Shown: positions 37,774-47,276 of the stretch, one piece after another
Layout: every line of letters begins with the position of its first letter
Position numbering within the stretch: the stretch's first letter is position 1
Source of the DNA: a virus
Taxonomy: Duplodnaviria > Caudoviricetes
Length of the DNA stretch: 52,635 bases
Direction: 5' to 3' (one strand)
Virus record (IMG/VR): IMGVR_UViG_3300035670_000287
Coordinates: 1-52,635 of that record
Notes under the pieces: generated by a model
What the model saw: the letters and a program-made list of their open reading frames with translations, nothing else
Told to the model about the DNA's origin: nothing
Database searches by the model: none
Position numbers and translations under genes: made by a program

Positions 37774-38702
37774 AGATAGCCCTGTATGACCCCAACCTAT
37801 ACAAGTTCACCCAAGCGATGCAAGACCACTGGGAGGCTCAGGGACACGAGTTCCGAAAGACTCTCTACTACGACCCAGCCATAGCGAACTGGGCTGATAC
37901 TCTCTGGTTTGACACTTGTGATAATAATATGAAACAGGCAACGATGAACAACGACCCAGGCTGGAAGCTGATGGATATGCCAGAGAAGAAACACGTCATC
38001 TGCCGAGTGATAGATATAGAAGCCTGGTGCGGACTGTATAGAGATGTAGACTGGTATCAAGTCGATGATGTTATCTTTATCGCCCCCCACATCAGAAGGC
38101 TGGTAGAGAACGATGTTAATTTTGTAGCCAACAATGTCCGAGTCCACGACATCCCCTGCGGCGTAGATACAGATAAGTTTACATATAAACAGAGTTTCAA
38201 AGACCCAACAGATATTGCTTGGGTAGCGGAGCGGTGGGACGCCAAGGGAATCACCTTAGCCCTGCAACTCATCGCTTCTCTCCCTGAGAAATATACCCTA
38301 CATGCTTGTGGTATCTGGGTACTACCTAACTGGTATAAGGCCTATGTCGACCACTTCATCAAAGAAAATAACCTAGAGCATAGATTCCTCGTCACCGAAA
38401 GGGTAGAGGATATGAACGCCTTCCTGGAAGATATGGACTATACCCTGTGTGCCTCCAAGAAGGAAGCCTTCTCCTACGCTATCGCTGAGGGGATGTCTAA
38501 AGGACTTAAACCCTTAATCCACAACTTCTACGGAGCACCAGAACTCTGGGACAGGAAGTATATCTGGAACACCATAGACCAAGCCAGAGACTTAGTCTTA
38601 GGCGAATATAACCCCGAAGAGTATCGCAAGTATATATTAGATAACTATACCTTGACAAAAATGTTAAATAGTTTTGATAAAATAATAGAAAGGAAAGTAT
38701 GA
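37770..38702 (+). CDS. GT4-like glycosyltransferase
   Basis: GVDTDKF, KG, EAFSYAIAEGMSKG. Confidence 0.85.
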   Translation: MKIALYDPNLYKFTQAMQDHWEAQGHEFRKTLYYDPAIANWADTLWFDTCDNNMKQATMNNDPGWKLMDMPEKKHVICRVIDIEAWCGLYRDVDWYQVDDVIFIAPHIRRLVENDVNFVANNVRVHDIPCGVDTDKFTYKQSFKDPTDIAWVAERWDAKGITLALQLIASLPEKYTLHACGIWVLPNWYKAYVDHFIKENNLEHRFLVTERVEDMNAFLEDMDYTLCASKKEAFSYAIAEGMSKGLKPLIHNFYGAPELWDRKYIWNTIDQARDLVLGEYNPEEYRKYILDNYTLTKMLNSFDKIIERKV

Positions 38703-39061
38703 AAGCTGAAGAAGCACAACAACTAGTTGATTTAATCAACACTCTAGTCGATGATGCGGTCATTGAAGAAGCCCAAATCGTCGAAGAACCTAAAGAGGTC
38801 GGACTATCAGAGGAAGAGACCAACAAACTCTTTAGACGAAGCGTCCCAGAGGGATTCTCTTGGGAAAACGCCAGACCTGCCAGAGCCGCCATCACAGGCG
38901 ACAGGGTCTTTCTAATCTTTGGAGAAGAGAGAAGATGGATACCCGACCTAGAGACTCTGCAGAAGATGGGTTGGGACTTAGGAGATGTTGAGAACATACC
39001 AGATGATGAGATAAGGAAGCTAAAAGAAGGCTTCGGTCTTTTCTCTTGCAAACTATGGTAA
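38699..39061 (+). CDS. Hypothetical protein
   Basis: Coupled within the operon. Confidence 0.6.
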   Translation: MKAEEAQQLVDLINTLVDDAVIEEAQIVEEPKEVGLSEEETNKLFRRSVPEGFSWENARPARAAITGDRVFLIFGEERRWIPDLETLQKMGWDLGDVENIPDDEIRKLKEGFGLFSCKLW

Positions 39062-40008
39062 AAGAAAATACTTTTTGCTATGGAATTATTCGGGACGACC
39101 TAATCGAAAGGTCTCTGGAAACCCTCTATAGTAATACGCCTCCCAATTTCTATGTCTACATTATAGACCAGACATACGATGGATTAGACGTGGGGTACTT
39201 CAGAAGAAAGTTTAGAGACCTGATGATAATAAGAAGCCCGATAACTGACAAACACATAACAGGGAACTTAGGCTTTGCTAAGTGTTTTAATATCGGCCTG
39301 AAGCTCTGTGAAACCCCCTACTTCACTACTTGCAATGACGATGTAGAATTTGTGCACCCCAACTGGTATCAAGGGGCGGTAGAAACCTTTAAGAAGGTAG
39401 ACGAATCTACCCCAGATAGACCGTGTATACTAGTAACCCCCTCATCTATCAAACTTCCAGATTGGTCAGTTGGTAGGCCGAGAGGGGATGACTTCTATAT
39501 TATGGACTATAAGAAAAGCTATACCGACGAAGACTACGAACATCTATTAAATGATGAGCACTATGTAAACGAACACTTAACGATTAAACCCGATACAGTT
39601 ATTGATGGGATTACTCTTTACTTAGGGATGGGGAAGACCGACCTGCTGCGAGAGGTGGGAGGCCTTGATGAGAGATTCAGTAGTGGTGGAGAGGACTATG
39701 ATTTCTGCTGTCGTGCGTATACCCTGGGGTATAGAACTGTTGGGACAACTTTGTCTTGGGTCTTTCACCATTGGAGTATGAGCTTTGCCTCCTCTAATGA
39801 AGACGAAAAAGTGAAGAAACTTATAGACCCGAATATGACCTGGAACAGTTTAACCGAGTGTTGGGGGGAGGGGAGACACGATGTCTGGGGAACACGATGT
39901 AAGGTCTGTGGTGAAAGTATGAGAATAAAAAAAGGAACAAAATATGCAACCTGCTCAAAAGGACACGAAGAATACGAAGTCCCTAGACCAGCGAAGGTTG
40001 ACCTGTAG
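39046..40008 (+). CDS. GT2 glycosyltransferase
   Basis: NLGFAKCFNIG, CNDD, GGLDERF..GEDYDFC. Confidence 0.9.
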   Translation: MQTMVKENTFCYGIIRDDLIERSLETLYSNTPPNFYVYIIDQTYDGLDVGYFRRKFRDLMIIRSPITDKHITGNLGFAKCFNIGLKLCETPYFTTCNDDVEFVHPNWYQGAVETFKKVDESTPDRPCILVTPSSIKLPDWSVGRPRGDDFYIMDYKKSYTDEDYEHLLNDEHYVNEHLTIKPDTVIDGITLYLGMGKTDLLREVGGLDERFSSGGEDYDFCCRAYTLGYRTVGTTLSWVFHHWSMSFASSNEDEKVKKLIDPNMTWNSLTECWGEGRHDVWGTRCKVCGESMRIKKGTKYATCSKGHEEYEVPRPAKVDL

Positions 40009-40087
40009 TAGACAAAACACCAAATTTATAGTATTATATTAGAGGTGTAACTATATGAACAAGGCACGGACTCTGCCTTGTTTTTTT
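40009..40087 (+). promoter_or_regulatory. Promoter plus conserved leader motif/terminator, copy 2
   Basis: TAGACA-17 nt-TATTAT, then TGTAACtatatGAAcAAGGCA..TGCCTTG-T7. Confidence 0.75.
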
Positions 40088-40115
40088 ATTTAATAGAGTC
40101 CCCAGGAACTCCTAT

Positions 40116-40433
40116 ATGGAAGATTTTATTGTCAAAGAATCAAACATAGACACGAATGGTTTGTTCGCCAATCGTGATTATTTACCAGACGAACTGGTAA
40201 TGAGCTTTCAAGGTAACCCACCGAAGATGATTTACATAAATCATTCGTGTGAGCCTTCTTGCTATACTATTGAGCCAGTCAAGGACGACTACCAGACCCA
40301 TACCCTTCATGCTGGAAAATGGGGACTAAAGGAAGGCCAAGAGATTACTTATGACTACAGGCTTGGGCAAGACTTAGATTATTTTAACAATACTATCAGT
40401 GATAATTGTAACTGCGAGAAATGTCGTGGATAA
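40116..40433 (+). CDS. SET-domain protein with post-SET cysteines
   Basis: GLFA, YINHSCEPS, GQEITYDY, CNC..CRG. Confidence 0.85.
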   Translation: MEDFIVKESNIDTNGLFANRDYLPDELVMSFQGNPPKMIYINHSCEPSCYTIEPVKDDYQTHTLHAGKWGLKEGQEITYDYRLGQDLDYFNNTISDNCNCEKCRG

Positions 40434-43400
40434 AACTTACAAAGTCATTGGTAACAGCATGTCGTCAGATAATATTGTCGATGGCGACTTAGTCACGGTC
40501 TCTAACCGTCAGCCAAAAGACGGAGATATCGTAGTTGCCGAGTGGAATGACGAATTTATTGTAAAAACCTATCGTGATTCAGCCCTATACTGTGGTGAGT
40601 ATTTATTTACAGACAGTGATTTTGTGGTTGTAGGTGTGGTGGATGAAGTTATTAAAGATAGGTCTAGTAGGTTTTATATAGAGAGCGTTCATGGTAAAGC
40701 GACAACTTCTACATCGTCAACCTCTAGCTCTACCTCTCAGTCTTTCAGTACCAGCTCCACCTCTACCTCTACCACCACAGCTCCTCCCACCGTGGCTCTC
40801 GGTTCTCCTGCCGATAATGCTACAATTTCTGACACTACGCCAGACCTAACGTTTACTGGCACATCCAACGGAGGAGCACAGGTTAAATACCAAGTGCAGG
40901 TGGCATCAACACCCTTTTTCGAAGTTCTAGATAGTTATAGCGACACTAGAGATTACGCCGTATCACTCAAGATTACAACTGGCGACACGGAGGCAGGTCA
41001 GTCATTCCACGCAGTAGGAACGCTGGGTAGCTGTAAATTCTATCTTGGAAAATGGGGGACAATTTCGGGGAATATCTATGCAAAGCTATATGCACTGTCT
41101 GGGGCTTATGGTGGCGGAGATGATGTCCCTACCGGTGCAGCCTTGGCAACATCAGACGCTCTCGATGTGTCAGATTTTACAACAACCATGACAGAAAAAA
41201 CATTTACATTTTCTGGAGCAAATCAATATGCGATGAATGGAGATTACGTAATCGCTGTATCTTCGTCTATCGGAGACGATAGTAATTATGTGAATATCGG
41301 CTCTGCCGTAACGACACCAACACATACAGGCAATCCCTGCACATATAAAAGCCCGACTTGGACGGCGTCAAATGTCCACGATTTTCTGTTTTCTGTTCTG
41401 TCAACAGGGGCAACGCCCCTCATCGACGCCCTCTCCACCAACCTGACAGGTTTCACTACCGACGCTGATGGTTTCTATAACTCAGGAGTAGAGACTACTT
41501 ATACGGTTCAATCTGCTCTCTCCGCAGGTACTTACTACTGGAGAGTTAGGGCAGCCGAATCTGCTGGTACTTGGGGGGCGTGGAGTCCAGGGGACTCTAC
41601 TTTAGGGTATGACCATTTTCATCTGGAGACAGCCACCACTTCTACAAGCAGCACCTCAAGCAGTACCTCAATTTCTACATCTTCTACAAGTTCCTCTACT
41701 TCAAGGTCTGTATCTACTAGCAGCACATCCTCTAGTACTAGCAGTTCTATTAGTACATCCAGCACCAGCTCTAGCACCTCTAGTTCAACTTCTGTTTCTA
41801 CCTCTAGTACTAGCAGCAGTACTTCAATATCTACTAGTTCTACCTCTCAATCAGAAACAACCTCAACTTCATCGACCAGCAGCAGTACCTCAATTTCGAC
41901 ATCCAGTACTTCCGAATCAACATCTTCATCAATTTCTACAAGCTCTACATCAGAGTCAACTTCCAGCTCAACTAGTTCTACTAGCTCTTCTACCTCAACA
42001 TCAATCTCAACATCCAGTACCTCATCGAGCACCTCTAGCTCTTCATCTTCATCTACTTCAACGACCACTGCTCCTCCAGGATGGTACAATGCCTCATGGC
42101 CATACAGATTTAAAGTAACCGTTTTAGCCTCTAAGGTAGATGCCGACCTGACAGATTTTCCTGTTTACTTTGACCTAAACGATGCCCCTGCAGGCTTCCA
42201 CACCTATTGTAATCAAACAGACGCCAGGGATATCAGGGTTACAACCTCAGACCAGCAGACCGAAGTCCCAAGAGAGGTGGTTTTCTATGACTCCGCTACC
42301 GACACTGGAGAACTTCACTTTAAGGGCAATATTGATGGAGACGACAATACTGATTTTTATGTTTACTATGGTAATGCCGATGCTACTGAGCCAGCCGAAG
42401 ATGCTACTTATGGCCGAGAGGCGACTTGGAATAGTAATTATAAGCTAGTCAAGCATTTAAACGATATTACCACATCGACTACACTTGATAGTACTTCTAG
42501 CGACCAGGATGGAACAAAGAAGGGTGCTGGCGAACCAGCCGTAGCTACCGACCTAATTGGCAAGTGCCAATCATTTGACGGGTCAGATGATTATATTTCT
42601 GGAACAAATGGGACAAGTTTAACAAGCACGGCCATTACAATTCAAGCGTGGGTCAATTTTACAGACTTTACCAAAGCAAACCCCAGAGTTATTGAAGTCA
42701 GAGATGGAACATATTCTGTTCAGATAATCCGAGACGGAGGTTCACAAAAGTTTGTTACCAAGCATAGTGAATGGCAGTCAGCTATATCGGGGACACAGTG
42801 GAACATTCCGTCTACTGGAACCGACTACATGATTCACGCCGTTTGGGATGCATCTAATGACACTACAGTCTTTTACTGTAATGGTGTCGCTCAGGAAGGT
42901 GCGGCTAATAATAACATCGGGGTCGGAAACCAGGCGAGTAAGTATTATATCGGTATGAGAAGTGACCTTGTCGACACATCACAGCTAAAGGGTGTCGTTG
43001 ACGAGGTTCGTCTTTCTACAACCGCCCTATCTTCCACATGGGTTTCTACTGAATATAATAACCAATCAGACCCAAGTGCATTTTATCAAGTTGGTACGGC
43101 TGAATCAGGGACCACTACTTCCACTTCCTCCACCAGCTCTTCTACATCACTCTCTACTTCCAGCACTAGTTCGAGCACCTCCAGTTCCACCTCTATCAGC
43201 ACTAGTTCTACTTCGAGCTCAACCAGTACAAGCATTTCTACTTCTTCAACCAGTAGCTCAACTTCTAGTTCTATCAGTACATCAACGTCTTCTACTAGTT
43301 CCAGTACCAGCTCCTCGACCTCCATAAGTACCTCCAGTACTTCTCAGTCTACATCTACCAGTATTTCAACATCGTCCACGTCCTCCTCTACCAGTAGTTC

Positions 43401-46400
43401 TACCTCTATTTCTACCAGCTCAACGTCTCAATCTACGAGTACGTCCCAATCAACCTCCACCTCTAGTACTTCACAATCTACCAGCACCTCTCAGAGTACG
43501 TCAACATCATCAACTAGCCAAAGTACCTCTACTTCAATCTCTACTTCATCGACTTCCCAAAGCACCAGCACGAGCCAGTCAACGTCAACCAGTTCTACTT
43601 CCCAATCGACTAGCACATCTCAATCTACAAGTACCAGTTCAACCTCGCAAAGTACTTCCACAAGTCAGAGCACATCTACATCCAGCACCTCACAAAGCAC
43701 TAGCACTTCAATAAGTACAAGCTCTACCTCACAGAGTACGAGTACAAGCATATCTACTTCCTCCACGTCTCAATCAACATCTACGTCTATCTCTACCTCA
43801 AGCACAAGTCAGTCGACAAGTACGTCTATTTCCACTTCCAGTACGTCACAGTCTACCAGCCAGTCTACATCCACCAGTATCTCGACTAGCAGTACCTCCA
43901 GTTCTACCTCACAGTCTACGACCTCATCTACCTCTACCTCCACGACGACTGTCCCCTGGTACTATGCCGATACTATTACAGTAAATACTGGCTCTATCAA
44001 CTCAGGGATAATAGATGATACTTACAGCGATAACGGCACAAGACTAGTCTTAAATGAAGTAACCCCTGCCGCTCCTGGATTTGACTATGACTTTATCTTT
44101 GGTACTGGCGGGCAAACAGTCCCTGACGGTATTTATAAGCTCACCTTTAATGGATACTATGATGGTAACCCCGCCCATAATGTAAAACTCCAACAGTATA
44201 AGTTTACTGCTCCTGCTGGGTGGGTTAATGTCACGGCCAACGCTCAGGACTTCCCAGATAATTCCAGTGACCAATCTTATGAGTTCCCACTACTATCTCC
44301 GACATCTGACTACATTAGTGGTGGAGAGATACGCTTAAAGATAATCCATACCTCTAACGGCTCGGCTGGACATTATATGAACATAGACTATATGAAGCTG
44401 GAGACCTACTTTACTACCTCTACTTCATCTACTTCTAGCTCCACATCTACCAGCTCCACAAGTAGCTCTACTTCAACCTCTGTATCTACCAGCACATCAT
44501 CCACTAGCTCTTCTACTTCCACTAGTATCAGCACTTCTTCTACCAGCTCCTCCACCAGCTCGTCTATCTCTACTTCTTCAACAAGCCAGAGTACTTCCAC
44601 CAGTCGCTCTACAAGTACCTCCTCGACATCACAGAGCACTTCTACGAGCATTTCTACCTCAAGTACCAGTCAGAGTACCTCCACGAGTCAATCCACTAGT
44701 ACCTCTAGTACTTCCCAGTCGACTAGCACTAGTCAGTCAACGAGCACTTCTTCAACTTCCAGCTCCACTTCTATATCTACAAGCTCTACTTCCCAGAGTA
44801 CATCTGTCTCTACTAGCTCAAGCACGTCTACCACGCTTTCTATGACCACTTCGACTAGTTCGACATCCTCGTCAACGTCTCAATCTACATCAACTTCGAC
44901 AACGATACCTCCCGCCTGCGTTGTTGACCAACAACAGACAACAGCCCTTGCCGATGCCTCGTACCAATGGCCAGTGGGTAGCGTTACTGGGTTGTGGGAA
45001 GAGGGGGGACAATCCTTTACCCCAAGCATAACAGCGAACCTTTGTTATGTTAACTTCGCATTTAGTAGAGACGGCAACCCTACCGACAATGTCGTCTGCC
45101 AGCTCTGGTCATCTGATTCTGGGGATACTCCTCAATCTCTTTTAGCAACGGCAGATAACTCTCATAACGTAACGTCCTTTCCTGTCGCCCCCAACTATGG
45201 GATTTATGGGTTTACCTTTACTGGGGCAAATTCTATCCAACTGCTTTCAGGGAGCAAGTATGCTTTCGTTATCAGTCGCACTGGGGGTGATGACGGAACC
45301 AATCATGTCCACCTTGTTGGTAGCGATACTGACACTTATTCACGGGGTAAAAGGATTAAAAAGGGGGTTACTTGGGCTGCCAGTTCTCTAAGCGACCTAT
45401 ACTTCAACGAACACTACGACAACACCACCACGACATCTACGTCGACATCATCGACTAGCACTTCGACTAGTCTATCTACCAGCTCGACAAGTTCGTCAAC
45501 GTCCCAAAGTACATCTGTCTCAACAAGCAGTACTAGCCAGAGTACAAGTAACAGCACTTCTAGTACCTCATCATCTACTTCGCAGAGTGTTTCCACCTCT
45601 AGTACAAGCCAGAGCACATCTACCAGCACGAGCATATCTACCAGCTCGACCTCACAGAGCACAAGCACTAGCGTATCTACATCTTCAACGTCACAGTCAA
45701 CCTCTAGCTCTATTAGCACTAGCAGTACGTCTTCTTCGACCTCAATCTCTACATCCGCATCCACCTCTTCAACCTCGTCTAGTACTTCTCAGTCAACCTC
45801 TATCTCTACTAGCTCCACCAGCTCTTCAACTTCCCAGTCCACATCTTCCTCTACATCTATATCTACCTCAAGCACCAGTAGCTCTACCACCCAGAGTTGG
45901 ACAACATCTACATCTAGTACGAGCAGTAGTACTTCTAGTACCTCAGAGAGCACTTCAACAAGCACATCAACATCCTTGAGCACATCTTCTACAAGCTCAA
46001 GCACAAGTTCATCAACTTCTACATCTACTACTACCGTCCCAGCAACATGCGTAATAGACCAAGAAAACACAACCTCTGGGTCAGGGGCTACTCTTACTGT
46101 TCCAAGATTCCAATCTTTTACGCCCTCTGTTAATGCTACTATTTGTAATATTGCTCTTTATATGTTTGGCGGCGGTACTTCTGTCGGAGATACAAGCGTT
46201 TCTATTTATACAGTATCTGGTGGATTGCCAAGCACGCTGATAGAAACATCCCCCTTTGTTCAAAATAATAATGGCATTGGGGCAAGCACAAGATGGATTA
46301 GTTTCCCGTTCTCATCAACTTCAGTTCTTTATTCTGGAGTCCTTTATGCCATAGTTATAGAGTCAAGCCTTCCAACATCAGCCGCTGGAGTTGCTGCCTC

Positions 46401-47187
46401 TTCTGGAGACACATATACTAGCGGGGTATCTGGTATTTATACCTTTGGGTCATGGCGGTTAGGGAGTGCGGGAGTTGACCTTACCTTTAAAGAATACTAC
46501 GAGAATACAACCCTCTTTACAACCTCAACTTCAAGTACTTCTTCTAGTACATCGAGTACTTCTAGCTCAACTTCTACATCGTCCACTTCGTCAAGCACAT
46601 CGGTTTCTATAAGCACCAGCTCCAGTACGACAATAAGCTGGACGACATCTACAAGCTCAACCAGTAGCTCAACCTCAACTAGCGTTAGTACATCCAGTAC
46701 CTCCCAGAGCACATCTACTTCTATATCAACGAGTTCAACAAGTTCATCCACGTCTACCAGTATCAGCACCAGCTCTACTAGTCAGTCAACTTCTACCAGT
46801 ATCTCCACGAGTTCGACCTCCAGTTCTACTTCTACGAGTATCTCGACATCCAGCACATCCAGCTCGACGTCTAGCTCAACTTCTCTCTCAACCAGCAGTA
46901 CTTCATCTAGTACCTCAACTTCGATTTCTACTTCAACGACAATCTCCACTTCCAGTACTTCTAGTTCCACTAGCTCTACGAGTACCTCAATCTCTACCTC
47001 CACCACCCTACCGCCAGACCCGAAGAAGGATAAGAAGCCTAAGTTCCACGTCGTTAGACAAAGAGAGATGCTTAACATTAAGACGTTCAACCCGAAGTTT
47101 TATGTAGTCAAAGAAAACAAGAGATTCAAGACCGTTAAAGATAATAAATCAGTAGACATTAATAACGATAAACCGAGGATGAGCTAA
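40399..47187 (+). CDS. Giant mucin-like putative virion adhesin: S24 peptidase-like N-terminus, six Ser/Thr tracts, DUF2341 plus LamG-like and other beta-sandwich domains (start possibly GTG 40426)
   Basis: VIGNSM..DGD..VK; WYNASWPYR..LTDFPV..YVYYGN; GVVDEVRLS..EYNNQ; three QSF-type domains. Confidence 0.8.
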   Translation: MIIVTARNVVDKTYKVIGNSMSSDNIVDGDLVTVSNRQPKDGDIVVAEWNDEFIVKTYRDSALYCGEYLFTDSDFVVVGVVDEVIKDRSSRFYIESVHGKATTSTSSTSSSTSQSFSTSSTSTSTTTAPPTVALGSPADNATISDTTPDLTFTGTSNGGAQVKYQVQVASTPFFEVLDSYSDTRDYAVSLKITTGDTEAGQSFHAVGTLGSCKFYLGKWGTISGNIYAKLYALSGAYGGGDDVPTGAALATSDALDVSDFTTTMTEKTFTFSGANQYAMNGDYVIAVSSSIGDDSNYVNIGSAVTTPTHTGNPCTYKSPTWTASNVHDFLFSVLSTGATPLIDALSTNLTGFTTDADGFYNSGVETTYTVQSALSAGTYYWRVRAAESAGTWGAWSPGDSTLGYDHFHLETATTSTSSTSSSTSISTSSTSSSTSRSVSTSSTSSSTSSSISTSSTSSSTSSSTSVSTSSTSSSTSISTSSTSQSETTSTSSTSSSTSISTSSTSESTSSSISTSSTSESTSSSTSSTSSSTSTSISTSSTSSSTSSSSSSSTSTTTAPPGWYNASWPYRFKVTVLASKVDADLTDFPVYFDLNDAPAGFHTYCNQTDARDIRVTTSDQQTEVPREVVFYDSATDTGELHFKGNIDGDDNTDFYVYYGNADATEPAEDATYGREATWNSNYKLVKHLNDITTSTTLDSTSSDQDGTKKGAGEPAVATDLIGKCQSFDGSDDYISGTNGTSLTSTAITIQAWVNFTDFTKANPRVIEVRDGTYSVQIIRDGGSQKFVTKHSEWQSAISGTQWNIPSTGTDYMIHAVWDASNDTTVFYCNGVAQEGAANNNIGVGNQASKYYIGMRSDLVDTSQLKGVVDEVRLSTTALSSTWVSTEYNNQSDPSAFYQVGTAESGTTTSTSSTSSSTSLSTSSTSSSTSSSTSISTSSTSSSTSTSISTSSTSSSTSSSISTSTSSTSSSTSSSTSISTSSTSQSTSTSISTSSTSSSTSSSTSISTSSTSQSTSTSQSTSTSSTSQSTSTSQSTSTSSTSQSTSTSISTSSTSQSTSTSQSTSTSSTSQSTSTSQSTSTSSTSQSTSTSQSTSTSSTSQSTSTSISTSSTSQSTSTSISTSSTSQSTSTSISTSSTSQSTSTSISTSSTSQSTSQSTSTSISTSSTSSSTSQSTTSSTSTSTTTVPWYYADTITVNTGSINSGIIDDTYSDNGTRLVLNEVTPAAPGFDYDFIFGTGGQTVPDGIYKLTFNGYYDGNPAHNVKLQQYKFTAPAGWVNVTANAQDFPDNSSDQSYEFPLLSPTSDYISGGEIRLKIIHTSNGSAGHYMNIDYMKLETYFTTSTSSTSSSTSTSSTSSSTSTSVSTSTSSTSSSTSTSISTSSTSSSTSSSISTSSTSQSTSTSRSTSTSSTSQSTSTSISTSSTSQSTSTSQSTSTSSTSQSTSTSQSTSTSSTSSSTSISTSSTSQSTSVSTSSSTSTTLSMTTSTSSTSSSTSQSTSTSTTIPPACVVDQQQTTALADASYQWPVGSVTGLWEEGGQSFTPSITANLCYVNFAFSRDGNPTDNVVCQLWSSDSGDTPQSLLATADNSHNVTSFPVAPNYGIYGFTFTGANSIQLLSGSKYAFVISRTGGDDGTNHVHLVGSDTDTYSRGKRIKKGVTWAASSLSDLYFNEHYDNTTTTSTSTSSTSTSTSLSTSSTSSSTSQSTSVSTSSTSQSTSNSTSSTSSSTSQSVSTSSTSQSTSTSTSISTSSTSQSTSTSVSTSSTSQSTSSSISTSSTSSSTSISTSASTSSTSSSTSQSTSISTSSTSSSTSQSTSSSTSISTSSTSSSTTQSWTTSTSSTSSSTSSTSESTSTSTSTSLSTSSTSSSTSSSTSTSTTTVPATCVIDQENTTSGSGATLTVPRFQSFTPSVNATICNIALYMFGGGTSVGDTSVSIYTVSGGLPSTLIETSPFVQNNNGIGASTRWISFPFSSTSVLYSGVLYAIVIESSLPTSAAGVAASSGDTYTSGVSGIYTFGSWRLGSAGVDLTFKEYYENTTLFTTSTSSTSSSTSSTSSSTSTSSTSSSTSVSISTSSSTTISWTTSTSSTSSSTSTSVSTSSTSQSTSTSISTSSTSSSTSTSISTSSTSQSTSTSISTSSTSSSTSTSISTSSTSSSTSSSTSLSTSSTSSSTSTSISTSTTISTSSTSSSTSSTSTSISTSTTLPPDPKKDKKPKFHVVRQREMLNIKTFNPKFYVVKENKRFKTVKDNKSVDINNDKPRMS

Positions 47188-47188
47188 A

Positions 47189-47260
47189 TTGACTAATTAG
47201 CTAAAATGTAGTATTATATCTTTAGTGTAACCCGAAGGGCACAGAAGTGTGTCCTTTTTA
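47189..47260 (+). promoter_or_regulatory. Promoter plus conserved leader motif/terminator, copy 3
   Basis: TTGACT-17 nt-TATTAT, then TGTAACccGAAGGGCACA..TGTGTCCTTTTT. Confidence 0.7.
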
Positions 47261-47276
47261 TTTATTAGGAGAAACC

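Noticed and set aside
26038-40008. DNA hypermodification or host serotype conversion as the main role of the operon
   Set aside because: No base hydroxymethylase, DNA polymerase, flippase or O-antigen polymerase recognised; disfavoured, not excluded
41609-47090. Antisense V/E/L/D-rich and alternate-frame P/L/Q-rich ORFs
   Set aside because: Shadows of the Ser/Thr codon tracts in the giant gene
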